A DNA stretch of 64,000 nt from the human T2T-CHM13v2.0 reference genome, Homo sapiens, in the NCBI RefSeq assembly GCF_009914755.1, contig NC_060929.1; one strand, given 5' to 3'. The position numbers and the translations under genes are program-made. Shown here piece after piece: positions 1 through 13,267 of the stretch; positions within the stretch are counted from its first letter, which is position 1, and each line of letters opens with the position of its first letter. The notes under the pieces are model-generated. The model made no database searches. It saw only the letters and a list, made by a program, of their open reading frames with translations, and had not been told where the DNA came from.

Positions 1-397
1 AGAAGCTAGAAGAAGCAGCCATCAAATGAACTTAGGCTGTTTGTTTTGGGAAAACAAAATGTAAACATTTAGCGACAGAAAGTGAAGTGTAAGATTGTCT
101 TAAAGCATCTTCCCATATGATGGGTTATTGGTTATTTCTCATTGGCTAATTGTACTGGACCTCAAAGAAGATGGAATAGGGAGTCACCAGGAAGCAAAGG
201 GAGTAATTATGTTAAATAAAGGTTTTATTTAGCTTAAGGTTAATTAAACAGTCTTCCAAAAAAGAATGTGAAATAGCTCAGAAGCCACCTATTATAAACC
301 AGAATCATAGTCCAGTTGATGGTATCATTTCAGTGTGAATTGGCCTGTTTGCAACTGACAAAATTTCACATATATCACATTGTCAGAGCTTCATAAA

Positions 398-471
398 ATA
401 TATATATATGTATATACACACACACACACACACACATATATAAATATATATATATATACACACACACATAC
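398..471. repeat. Compound (TA)n(CA)n microsatellite, two-block structure
   Basis: tatatatatgtatatacacacaca...catatataaatatatatatatacacacacacatac read directly. Confidence 0.95.
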
Positions 472-1511
472 AATTTAAATATGTATTAATTTTAAGATCC
501 CTATTGGGGACAGCCTTGTTATTAATACAGTGAAGAGCAGATGCTGTAGCATATGGCATACTAACTCATATTTATGTTAATTTTATGTAAATAGGATTTT
601 AATACAGTTACATTAATCTGTTGTTGCATTGATTTTTCTGATATATCACTTTAGATGAGATTAATATAGGTAGTTTAGACTGCTGAAAAAGTCCTTTTTA
701 GGAGAGTAAAGAGCAATGGCTTACTTAAATTTTTAACACATATGTTTAAATAGAATGTCAGTTCCATTGAAAAACTAAGAATATATCTAATTCTTGTTCT
801 CTTGCGCAAATTTAAGCAGATTTTTAAAATACAAATGAAAAACAGTATGATGTTGGTGCAGAAGATAAACCTAAGTTTTTTTTTCAACTAAATAGCTATC
901 AATTGAATACACAAAACAGACTGAAAGAAAATTCCCCAAATTATGTACTTAACGTGGGGATGCTATTTTCAAGTGTGTGTGTCTGTTTTTATAAGTTAAA
1001 ATATTAAGTGACCACTATTTATATTAAAGAGATCCTGTGCCATTGTATTTTAACATCTGCTTTTAGATTGTAAACACAAGATGTACCCTAGTTATTTTGT
1101 AAGCAATACAGTTTTAAGAATAGAAATATAATACCTAATGTTAATAGATGAAACAGAAAAAATTTACCTCTTTAGTTTACTCAGTATTGTACTAACATTA
1201 TATTAAATGAGATAGAAAATGGACTATTTGATACTACTTTGATATTTATAATGAATTACTATTAAATAGTATATTAACATACTGAGTTTTATTTCAATTT
1301 ATATCATGAACTATAACATTATTATACTATATCATCTCTTATAATCTAACATTAAAAGACATTTAAAATAGAGAATAAAAATCACCTAAATCTCATCCCC
1401 ATAATATAGTTTTGTTGGTTTAGGACCCGGATTTGAAGGATCCTAGGAAAGTAGATTGCTTCTAGCATTTGCCCACTAAAAACCAATAATTTTTAAGGTG
1501 ATTGACAGACA

Positions 1512-1648
1512 TTTTTTATTTTTTTATTTTAGTAGAGACGGAGTTTCACTATGTTGGCCAGGATGGTCTTGATCTCCTGAGCTCGTGATCCACCCACCTT
1601 GGCCTCCCAAAGTGCTGGAATGACAGGCGTGAGCCACTGCACCCAGCC
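1512..1648 (-). mobile_element. Alu left monomer only (AluS-type)
   Basis: Reverse-complement Alu left arm (agtagagacggagtttcac...cctcccaaagtgctgg...gagccactgcacccagcc), T-rich end, flanked by cagac/cagac. Confidence 0.9.
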
Positions 1649-2347
1649 CAGACTTTTTTTAAAAAAGGTCAAGTTTATACTCATATAGCTATGAAGCAGG
1701 AATACATGCTATTTTGCTTTTGTGGTTTGATCAATTCAGTCAAGACCAAGTTAGATATTTAAAATTATACAATTCTAGACTAAGATGAGAAATGAATGTA
1801 AATTAATCCAGTATGAAGTCAACTTACAAAAGTAAATATAATCTTTAGTGATCTAAACATTAATGACATTTTTGTGAGACATTGATGGATATTTGAGTCA
1901 AGAACTGACACAGTAATGGAATAGAATTAATCTAAGTTCCTAATTCCCTAAATTTATGGACAAATCTAAATTTCAACAAGTAATTTTTACTCATTTGGAT
2001 TCATTTATGATGCCTGTGAAATCTATTTTGTGAAATAAATTTACCCATAAATTGATTTAAAATAAATACTTATAATTAAAACCTTTATTATTTGATAACA
2101 TGGAAAATCATGACACAAAATAGTCCTAGATTAATTATGAAGGAAATATCTATTCACTAGTTAGTAAGTAAGCCTATGCTGAAATTTAAATGATGGGTTA
2201 GATTTCGTTTAACTTGTTTGGGGCAGAATACATTGTTCAATGAAATATTTGGGACTCAGGATAATTTTAACATAGAAAATATGTACTTCCCCACATGACC
2301 TCATACATCGTTATAGAGCAATGTTTTCTGCAGCTATTCAAGTTACC

Positions 2348-2609
2348 TTTTCTTTTTAAGATGGCGTCTCACTCTGTTGTCCAGGCTAGAGTGCAATAGT
2401 GCTATCAGAGTTCACTGCAGCCTCTACCTCCTGAGCCCAAGTAATTTTCCCACATCACTCTCCAAGTAGCTGGGATCACGGGTGTATGCCACCTGGATAA
2501 TTTTTTTTTTTTTTTTTTGGTAGAGACAGGATCTTTCTGTGTTGCTCAGGCTAGACTCAAACTCAAATCAACGTGCTAGGATTACAGGTGTGAGGCACTA
2601 TGCCCCACC
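2348..2609 (-). mobile_element. AluJ with internal deletion in left arm
   Basis: AluJ-like diagnostics (cactgcagcct, ctgagcccaagtaat); TSD caagttacc at 2339-2347 and 2610-2618. Confidence 0.9.
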
Positions 2610-5600
2610 CAAGTTACCATTTAAAGTGTAATCCTAGGTGTCTTATAAATATGGAAGTTAATGGCTGCTATGATAACACGAAAACTCTTTTAGCTGCTGA
2701 AATTTAACTACCTTTTGAGCATATTATTAGGCATGTAAAATTGTCTAGCTGGAATCCTGGGTTTTTCGGAGTCAAGCCATCCTTTACAACTGGGGTATAC
2801 ACTCAGATAATTTGTGTTAGATGAAATGTGATCCCCTGAATTTAAGTGGAAAGGCATAAGATGACATCTCATCCTGTCTCATGACATGTGCAGTATATTC
2901 TAAAGTGGTTACTTACATATCTCATACAAAGAATACAATTTATGTATTTATTGTTAGTGTTTAAAAGTTTGGTACCAAGAATGCCATTCCTGTCAATGGA
3001 TTGTCATTGTAGCTTGCTGACTATATCTATTCTTTTACATTTTTAACAAATATTGAGAGCAACAAAGAGACTCTATAAATTCTTCTCTACATATAACATC
3101 CTGGATAACTGAAATAAACAGTAATTTCTTGAGAGATACACATTCATAATATTTAATGTAGGAAATGACAAGGAAGTAGGGAGAGGCAGAAAATAAAGCA
3201 TGTGCAACATCCTAAGTTACCTACTAAATGTGTTGGTAAATGACAATACAATGAGAACACAGAAATAAGAATCATACTGTTGAAATGATTAGATATTTTA
3301 TTCAGGGGAGAACCATTATTTTGAAAGGTCAGTAAATTCTCTTTTTATTCTCAAAAACTGTGGTTATTGGGATGTCCTGGGAATTTACAATCCAGCCACA
3401 GTGAAAGGACAACTCATGTCATCATTGGGAGAATACGATCAGATCATATATCTTTACTTGACAAGAGCTGGCAATTTAATCTGACAAGATTCTTGCCAAT
3501 GAGGACAGCTTTAGGAGTTCAACTGCTGTGGTAAAGATTTGACATGTCATTGAGGGATGTTGTGCAGAAGCCTGACAATAAACTGGGACTTGCTAATGCA
3601 GTTTAGGATTGCTGTAAAAATTTATTAGAAACCAGAGACTGTAAAATTACTATACTCCTTTAGAACTGTTTTTCTTTCCCTTGCTGAATATTTATGTGAT
3701 GTTTAATGCAGAGCACATGTTTTAAAACTTGTTTCCTGATGGTGTAAAAGAAGTCTATTATAATGCACATGAAATTGCACAGAATTCAATTAAATGCATG
3801 AGAGAGTAAGTAGAATGTCCACCTGTAACCCCATTTTGACAATTTTTATTTTTCATTGATGGTTTTGGTGTCTGTAAATTTAAGGAGTTTCAATAATGGC
3901 TCTTATGTGGTAAGAAACAAAAGATATTTACATTCAATTCGGGACTAATTTAACAAGAACTTAAAAAGCATGTATGACTTGGAGTAGAAGCATTTTATGT
4001 GTTTTATTCAGAAGGGAAGAAGGGAGAGTCTAAATCTAAAGCAATTATTAATTGGCAATGCAATTGCAGCTGCTGGTGATTCTGTATAATCCACACTAGG
4101 TCCCTAAAGGGAAACAAAAAGAGATAAGGTAGACCCATTATGATTCTGTATCTGTCTTTGTAGTATACCAGCTTTTTAAAAGGTATTTCCATATAATAAT
4201 ATGGGTCAACTAATTCCTAAATGTAAATCAGAAGATACTGTACTTTTTCACAACTCCAAATGTGTTCGGCCCACAATTTAAGTGGAAATACTAATAATCT
4301 ATCAACAAATAATACTAAACGTGCCCACCCAACCTTCACTTGCACATCTGTTATATTGAAGGCAATATGCTAACTGTGGTGGGATGGAACTATAAGGGAC
4401 ACAATCAAAAATATGCGGTGTACCAAACAAGTACTTAGGAACTGAGAGTGATTCATCATGAGAGATAGAAATTCAAGGTGACTGGCCAGCATAGACAACA
4501 TAATTAAAGGAAGAGATATATTGATTTGAAGTTTTTCCAACCTACCTTCCAACTGTACTTTAGGATCTTAAAGGTATCTCTCACCTGATAAATCCATTGT
4601 ATGAATTTACTCAAGCAGCTCTAACCATTTTATTCTCTGCTCTCTATTTATTCAGTCTTTTCTTGTTCTCTTCAGTAAAGGATGAACTCCATTCTAGGCG
4701 TCCTCAACAGGATTCCTTAACTCTGCATCTCTTCTCTCTGCCACAGGTACCTAGGGAAGGAGGCATGACACTATCTGGGAGGAAAGAGTCACATTGGGAA
4801 GACTCTGAAATGTTCAAAAGAATGACAGGACAATCAGGAATACCTACGCAGAAAATATAGTTTGGCAGTCAATCTATCATTGCTTTATTCCTTTTTAAGA
4901 ATGGAGCATTTTTTTGCCTTGAGTGTTTTGACTGCTCACTGTGTTGCATTTCAGACTCTGCTGCATTTCCTCTGCATTCGCTTTTTTTTTTTTTTTTTTT
5001 TTTGCAGACTTGGCACTTTTATTCCAGTTCACACTAATTGTGATTACTGACTTGTGCCTGGATGGGAGGCTGCCAAAAGGGCAGGTATCCCAGAGAGACA
5101 TCATTACCCAGGTTGGCAAATACCTGGGAGCCCGATTTAATGATACAATCTTATTTTTATAGCATGGGGCAGGCTTCCAGTTTCACAGCATCGGTTCCTG
5201 GCTGTAATATTGTTTGGCAAGAGCCTTTCATATTCTTTTGCAGAATAAAAGGAAATAAACCATGGGGATATAGATCAATGGTAGATGATCAGATACCTGG
5301 GCAGAGTTGAGAAGATGTGACTAGCTCTAGGGTAAACATATTTATCTAATTGCTGAAAAATAAAAGTTGATGACTTGCCTAGAATAACTTGGAAAATTAT
5401 CTACATAAAAATTATCTTTCTGTAGATAGTTAGTACTTTTTTTTTTAACCAGAGGTTGCTCTGATATTCATTCAGGAATTGAGGTCACTGCTAAGTCACT
5501 GAAAACTAAATGGGTCTGGTATGACAGGGGCCAGAGAGTCTTTGCAGCACCCAGCAGGATATGTAGGACCGTCTTCATATTCATTGTTATATTTTAGTGC

Positions 5601-7037
5601 TGCATACTCAAAAAAACTATATATGCTCTCCCTTTATTTGCATAATGATTTTTAAAGGAAAAAGTAATAGATATTAATATTATATATTTCATGTAAAAAA
5701 TTCTAACTGTAAGTTCTCCTCCCCTGGATTCTGAATCCCTATTACCAATAGTAACCATTATTACAAATTATTATTGTGTAATTCAAAAGCTTTCTACATA
5801 TGCAAACAAATATGTGGGTGTACTACACATACACAGGCACTCCATTAAAATGCATAGATTAAAACAGAGTGTAAACACTTTATTTTAATTTGCTTTTGTG
5901 GAGATTGTATGTGTCAATACATATGGAAGTCTAGCTTTCTTTTCAATGACGGAAGAGTAAAATAATACCACATTGCATGAATTTGCTGAATTTCACAGTA
6001 CCTTTAAGGACATTTATCATTTACATTGCCAGAAATGAATCATTTTATATGTACCTCTGAACACCTTAAAGGAGAAAGTCTTTTGGATTCATTCCTGAAA
6101 ATGAAACTACTGGTCAATGATTTGATGATTTACATTATAAAAATATTTTATTAAATCACTCAAAAAATTGCCCCAGTTAACACTTACCACAATACATAGG
6201 AAAGTGCCTGTTTTTTTTAACCTTTGCTGATACTGTGTATTCTCAAACCTTTTAAACTTTATCTTTTTCAATCTGATAGGTAAAAAGTAGAATCTCATTT
6301 ACATTTTTTAAACTACCAGTCTAATGAGTGAATAGAACTTTAGTAACATTTTAATGTGGGTGACTCAAGCCCATCTTGCAGCTGTAAAAGTTAAGAGACC
6401 CCATTTCAAATTCACAGAATTGCTCAGTGTTAGTGATTCTCTTCTAATCAGAGTAAATTAACCAGCATATAGATCTTATTTTAAAGGACACTAATTCAAG
6501 ACCACCAGCTAAACATATTGTGGATAATTATGGTTTTGAAAATTAATGGTTAAAGAAGGGGAAAATTTTTAAAAAGATTCTAGGCATATAATTACACTCA
6601 ATTTAAATCAATCTTTATCGTGATAACTTAAGTATCTAGCTGCAGGCGAGTATTATGGCAATAGAATTTTTACAGTACAAATCCTGAAGTGCAGAAAAGT
6701 TTCAACTCAGAGAAAACAGGTGAAAACAAAACAAAAAGAGGTTTATTTATTATTAAATTAGAGTGGTATTTTCAGAAAAGTGCACTTTCTCAATAATAAC
6801 AGTATCATAGTTATTTATAAGTCTATAAGTATTCAATCTAAAAAACCAAAACACATGGTAAATACCTATACTGTACCAATGCAGTTGCTAAGATATCCAT
6901 TTAAACTGTGTCAATCCTGTGAATTTTTTTCTATTATTCCATGAGACAGCTCAAACTTTGACTCTGTTGCTGTGTGCTTTCCAGGCCTTTGGATCACAAG
7001 ACACAACTTCCATTTTCCTAGTTAAATCTCATCCATA

Positions 7038-7332
<295 letters not shown>

Positions 7333-8239
7333 AAATCTCATTCATAGCTTTTACAAATGGTTTAGTAGAGAGAAAGAAAAAGAAGCATCTTAACCTCTAT
7401 GTAGGGCAAAACCTTACATGATACTATTCTATAGCCTTTTCTTGGTGACCCATTTTAAACTTCCACTAATGAAAATGATCTTCTTGCCCCCTTTTTCTAC
7501 TTATTGGGATTTCTTGCTTACAAGTAAATCCCACATTTCTCAGAACATTCAACTTCATACTTTCAAAAGGTAAATCTCTTTCCAGGTAAGAGACTTACTG
7601 GCAATTTGTGTGGAATGAATCAGATTTTCAATTTCCCCATCTGCTATCTCATGCTCTCTTACAACCCTATTTCTCAAAACAAAATGCTCTCAATTTAAAG
7701 CTACTAGGTAGGGAGAATATCTTAAGTCTCCAATATACTTTAACTAAAGAACACAGGTAGAAAGAAACCTTGTATACTAACTCATGCATTAGCACCAGTA
7801 CGTAGGGGTACTTAACAGAAAAAAGAAAAAGTTGTTTTTTCATACATAGTTAAATGCCTATCTAAGGATTTGAATTCATAAGATAAATACATTACAAAAT
7901 GCAGTACTAGCAACTCCAAAACATAAATATCTCATTTATGCAAAATGTATTTTTAATTCACCTTATATGTCCCATAGAAAGATATGAACCATACAATTAT
8001 TCATGGATCCAGGTTGTCCAGGCCTCCACCATATTTTCTGTTTGAAACACAGAGTTGATTGGACATCATGAAAGGGAAATGAGAAATTAGAGAATGGGTA
8101 TTTTGTTGCCTCTGTCTGTAAGTGACATATATGATTTCCAATAAAATTTGATTTCCTAGAATTTATCACATGCTTCTGCCCAAATAATAGAGGTCTATGG
8201 AGTCAAATATTCTGTCCACACAAAAGGAGAAAAGAGGAT

Positions 8240-9130
8240 ATTGGTGAAGACCAGTAATTTCTACAAAATGAAATTTCCCTAAATGATATAATGACTTATT
8301 ATGAAACTATAGTAATTAAGAGAATATATTACTGACAGAGTTTAGCCAATAAACCAGTGAAATATAATAAAGAGCCAAAAAGAAATCCCTCCAAAATTGG
8401 AACTTTGATCTCCCACAAAGGTGAATCTCACATTAGGGCAAAAAGGAAAGATCATTCAACAGAGGTGGAAAAATGGTTAGATAAATGTAAAAAAAAAATG
8501 GAACCAAATATCTCATATAACAACAATTATCTCACTATTTTTCAAAGGTGTTCAATGTAAGGAAAAAAATTAAACTCACAGTTAAAAATAGAGATAATAT
8601 CATTTAGAGCTTGAGTAGGGAGAAAGTTCTTAAACAAAAGGAAACAATGTAACTACCTGTATATTATAATCAAGAGCTTTTTTCCTCAGGTACCCTAAAA
8701 AAGTTTTCTTTAAATGATAACACCAAAACCATACAAAAAAAATGAACACATTTTCAATGCACACAACCGCCAATGTGTAGATGAATATACTGTAACATTT
8801 ACACAATGGATTATTTCCACCAGACAAATTAAATAAGCCATAATGTAATGCAGCAAGAGGTGAACCTTTGCAATATTATATTAAGTATAAAAGTCCCTAA
8901 CAGCTAGATATTGCCTGATGCCCTTTACACAAGGCAGGAAAAAAAATCTGAAATATAATTCAAACAAGAAGACTTAAGGAATACATATAAATGCAATAAA
9001 ACTATATTAAAAGGGAGGCAAAGAAATGGCAGACACCTTATTTTGTGTTATAGATTGTCTTCCCAGTATTACATTATTAAAAGTAGCTAACAAATTAACT
9101 AATAATGAGAAGGTGCTTTGAACCAAAGAT
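8240..9130 (+). mobile_element. Old L1M fragment (ORF2 3' end / 3'UTR)
   Basis: Degenerate L1 ORF2-like A-rich text (gaaatataataaagagcc...tttgatc...aaaggtg...ttcaac...aaatggttagata...gtagggagaaagttcttaaac). Confidence 0.55.
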
Positions 9131-9377
9131 TATGGTAAACCCAATCTGTGAACTAGGCACTTAAAAATTTAATAGAACACAAAGTTGTATTATACATTGT
9201 TTTAGGAAGGCATTTTCACAAACACAGTATAGGGGCCCTGATTTAGCAAGTATTTCTGTTAAAAAGAAAAAGAAAAATGACATTTTTAGTTGGACATCAG
9301 CTCCACATAAGCCAGTCATATATCATAGCTGTGTAAAAGGTTGAAGTTAAACCTGTGAAATGAAGATTTGTAGTATT

Positions 9378-9683
9378 GGCTGGGTATGGTGGCTCAGGTC
9401 TGTAATCCCTGTAATTCCAGTACTTTGGGAGGCTGAAGCAGGCAGATCACCTGAGGTCAGGAGTTCAAGACCAGCCTGGCCAACATGGCAAAACCCCATC
9501 TCTACTAAAAAAATACAAAAATTAGCTGGGCATGGTGGCACATGCCTGTAATCCTAGCTATTCGGGAGGTTGAGCCATGAGAATAGCTTGAACTAGGGAG
9601 GCATAGGTTGCAGTGAGCTGAGATGGCACCACTGTACTCCAGCCTGGGCGACAGAGTGAGACTCTGTCACAAAAAAAAGAAAA
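9378..9683 (+). mobile_element. AluSx
   Basis: Full dimer with small duplication ctgtaatccctgtaattcc; TSD gtagtatt. Confidence 0.95.
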
Positions 9684-10159
9684 GTAGTATTCCTCTGAGC
9701 TAAAGTTCTCCTTCCACCCACATTATTCTAATGTCATCTTAGTTAAATATTTAACTGTTTAAATGTTTGAATTGAACATTTACTAAATATATTAGAAGAA
9801 TTCTCTTAAACTCAATTTTCTCCTTTATAAAATGGGGATCACAACACTAGGGATATCTCCATTGGTCAATGCCTAGCATAGGGCAAGCCCACAAGTAATA
9901 AACTGTTATCATCAATTTCATAGTTTTCTTCCTTTTTTTCTGGATTTCAGAGAATGAGGTTTACAGAAATCAAAGTTATATCAAAGATAATAATAGAAAC
10001 TAGATACATTTTGCTTAGAGAAGATTTCTAGGCTAGGCTAAGATACTCTGGAGGAGTCTGGAGAGGAACATAGATTTTTTTTCAAACATGTTTAAAAATT
10101 GTGATGTTAAATGAAGGTTAGATCCATTCAGGTTTGAAAATATTCTAACACAATAGAAA

Positions 10160-10340
10160 GGCTAGAGCCATTTGGTGGCTTGAGAGAGCAGAACTAGAAC
10201 TAGTTGGTGGTGATTACATGAAAGCAAAATTAAGATCAGAATTTAAAGAAACTTTCTAATTAAGGACTGGTCCAAATTTACAATGAATCACTCTATAAAA
10301 TATATCTTACAGCTGAAAATGTTACAATACAAGTGGGATA
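10160..10340 (+). mobile_element. L3/CR1 LINE 3' fragment
   Basis: gcagaactagaac...ggtggtgattacatgaaagcaaaatt...aaagaaactttctaattaaggactggtccaaa resembles the CR1 RT 3' end. Confidence 0.55.
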
Positions 10341-10486
10341 ACTTACATATGGATCCTAACCCTGGATAATATCATCGAAAATCCCCTTTCTTGCTTCATG
10401 TGTAATGATAGAAAACAAAGTAAAAATGTAAAAATTAACAGAATACAATTTCTTCAAGTAAGGCTGTGACTTCTTAGTGCTTGGGC

Positions 10487-10968
10487 ACTGTTTCCTATGG
10501 CTTATATAACACAATACCACAAACTTGGTGGTTTAGAACAACAAATAATTATTCTCTCAAAATTCCAGATGCCAGTTATCAAAAATCAGTTTCAGTGAGC
10601 TGAAATCAAGGGGTTGGTAGGGCTGTCTCCAGAACATCTAGAGAATAATTTCTTCCTTTTCTCCTCTAGCTTCTGGCGATTGCCAACATTCCTTGGCTGG
10701 TGGCTGCATCACTCCAGTCTTTGCCTCCGTGGTCAGATTGCCTGCTCCTTTACTGTTGTCAGATTTCCCTCTGCCTCTCTCATGTGAAGACACTTAATGA
10801 TCGCATTTAGGTCCCAGCTGGATAATTCGGGATAATCTTACACTAGCTCAAGATCTTTAATGAGTCTCATCTGCAAAGTCCTTTGTTGCCACATGAAGTA
10901 GCATTCACAAATTCCATGCGGTAGTGTGGTGTGGAGAGGTGGAGGGGGGAGTAATCCAGCCTAACACA
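10487..10968 (-). mobile_element. MLT1C/D solo LTR (ERVL-MaLR)
   Basis: tttcctatggct...accacaaacttggtgg...attctctca...ctgcaaagtcc...ccagcctaacaca is the reverse complement of an MLT1 LTR. Confidence 0.85.
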
Positions 10969-11937
10969 GGTGCCTTCCATTTGAAACAGTTGATTTGATC
11001 ATGTCTGTTTTTACTGATCAAGCCAACACTTTTAGAGAGCAAATCTACTTTTAGATTTGTTCACATGTCATTATCGTTTTGGCATATTCCTTAGGAAAGT
11101 TTTATGAGAAGTTAATGCTTCACATTTAAGTCAGTGCACATGGTGATTATCATAATCAAGATTATCCATATTTGACATTAAATATTATAGTGTGTTTCTT
11201 AATTAACATAAGCTTAAAAGTTTTTAATTTTTCCTCATGTAGGCCTCAGACTCAGCCGTGTAAGGAGAAAACTTTATTCATTTTCTTATAACAAAACTCA
11301 TGAAGTCCACATTTTAACTTATGATAGATAACTTTGTCCATCTTAGGTAACTGATGACTTATAGTTCATAAGTTAGTCTTTTCAGCATTCCCTATGGTCC
11401 CTTCTAAACATGGGCACTATCATTCTCGCATGAAGCTGAAGTTGGAGTAGGTTAACTTGGGAATCTTTGGCTCTGCTTCTACAGCCCCAGAGAAGATGTA
11501 GCTTCTTTCTCCTGGTCCCTACCATCACAACCTGGCATACCCTGATGAACTCCAGCCCTGGGTACTGTGCACTCTGTGTATCTTGTCCTTACTTTAGTCT
11601 TCCTTTGTGTCTGTCACCTTGCCTTCAACCACTTCTCTGCACTTTTTGTGATGGTATAAGTTGTTCTTCCCACAATTAAGGCTTTTCTCTGAAGATTGGG
11701 GGTTTTCAGTCTGAATCCTGAGATGCGTAAAATATAATCCCTTCTGCTTTGGCAGTCTACTCCAAAGCTTTGGAGGTTTCTATCATAACTTTATTACTGA
11801 AGCCAACCCCCTTACGCCTTGAAATTTTCCTAAAGAAATAGCATGTGGACTACCTAGAAGTCAGAATTTTTACTTAGTTTGGAGAGAATAGTGGTATTTA
11901 CATCATCCTCTCTTCTTCATAATTTACAATAAAAATC

Positions 11938-12927
11938 GAAGGTCAGAAAACTATGGTCCTTGGGCCAAATTCAGCTAACTGCACGTTTTTATATGGTCTT
12001 CAAGAATGGTTCTGCTTTTACACTGTTGGTGTGAATGTAAATTAGTTCAACCATTGTGGAAGACAGTGTGGTGATTCCTCAAGGATCTAGAACCAGAACC
12101 AGAAATACCATTTGACCCAGCAGTTCCATTACTGGGTATATACCCAGAGGAATATAAATCATTCTATTATAAAGATACATGCAAGTGTATGTTTATCAAA
12201 GCACTATTCACAATAGCAAAGACATGGAATCGACCCAAATGCCCATCAATGAAAGAATGGATAAAGAAAATATAGTACATATACACTGTGGAATACTATG
12301 CAGCCATAAAAAGGAATGAGATCATGTCCTTTGCAGGGACATGGATGGAGCTGGAAGCCAGCATCCTCAGCAAACTAACAGAGGAACAGAAAACCAAACA
12401 CTGCATGTTGTCACTCATAAGTGGGAGGTGAACAGCAAGACACATGGACACAAGGAGGGAAACAACACACACTGGCGCCTTTTGTGGGAGGGCAGGGGGA
12501 GGCAGAGCTTCAAGATAAATAGCTAATGCATATGGGGCTTAATAGCTAGGTGATGGGTTGATAGGTGAAGCAAACCACAATGGCACATGTCTACCTGTGT
12601 AACAAACCTGCATGTCCTGCACATGTATCCTGGAACTTAAATTAAATTAAATAAAATATATCAAAAGAATGGTTCTTACATTTTTAATGATCAGAAAAAT
12701 AAAATAAAAATAGAAGTATTTCATGGCATGAAACAAATACATAAATTTCAAAATTCAGTGTCCATAATTAAAGTTTTATTGGAGCACAGCCACACTCATT
12801 CATTTACATATGGTCTATAGCTGTTTTCAAGCTCCAATGAGAGTTGAGAAGTTGCAGCAAAGGATAGCCTGCAAAACCTAAAATATTTAATATGTGGTCT
12901 TTTACTAAAAAAATTTGCTGACTCCTG
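11938..12927 (+). mobile_element. MER58B (hAT-Charlie), split by an L1PA insertion
   Basis: ggtcagaaaactatggtccttgggccaaat...aagaatggtt then resumes ...gtgtccataattaaagttttattggagcacagccac...aaaaatttgctgactcctg. Confidence 0.85.
12014..12664 (+). mobile_element. 5'-truncated L1PA (about L1PA8-13) 3' end
   Basis: L1PA 3' sequence (cttttacactgttggtg...gaaataccatttgacccagca...aacaaacctgca...gaacttaaa); TSD aagaatggttct at 12002-12013 and 12665-12676. Confidence 0.95.
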
Positions 12928-12964
12928 GTATAAATGGTTTACTTTTAGTTCTCAAAACTTTTAC

Positions 12965-13267
12965 TTTTTTTTTTTTTTTTTTTGAGAGGGAGTCTCACTG
13001 TGTTGCCCAGGCTGGAGTGCAGTAGTGGCGCGATCTCGGCTCACTGCAAGCCCCGCCTCCCGGGTTCATGCCATTCTCCTGCCTCAGCCTCTTGAGTAGC
13101 AGGGACTACAGGAACCCACCACCATGCCTGGCTAATTTGTTGTATTTTTAGTAGAGACGGGGTTTCACCGTGTTAGCCAGGATGGTCTCGATCTCCTGAC
13201 CTCGTGATCCACTCACCTTGGCCTCCCAAAGTGCTGGGATTACAGGCATGAGCCACTGCTCCCGGCC
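12965..13267 (-). mobile_element. AluY
   Basis: AluY diagnostics (ctgcaagc, ttcatgccattctc, gtgttagccaggatggtctcgatctc); TSD aactttt(a/g)ct. Confidence 0.95.

Noticed and set aside
120-150. Two reverse CCAAT boxes near the window start
   Set aside because: No CpG island, TATA/Inr context or downstream exon to support a promoter
11390-11760. GC-richer block resembling an ancient LTR
   Set aside because: Could not assign termini or family with confidence
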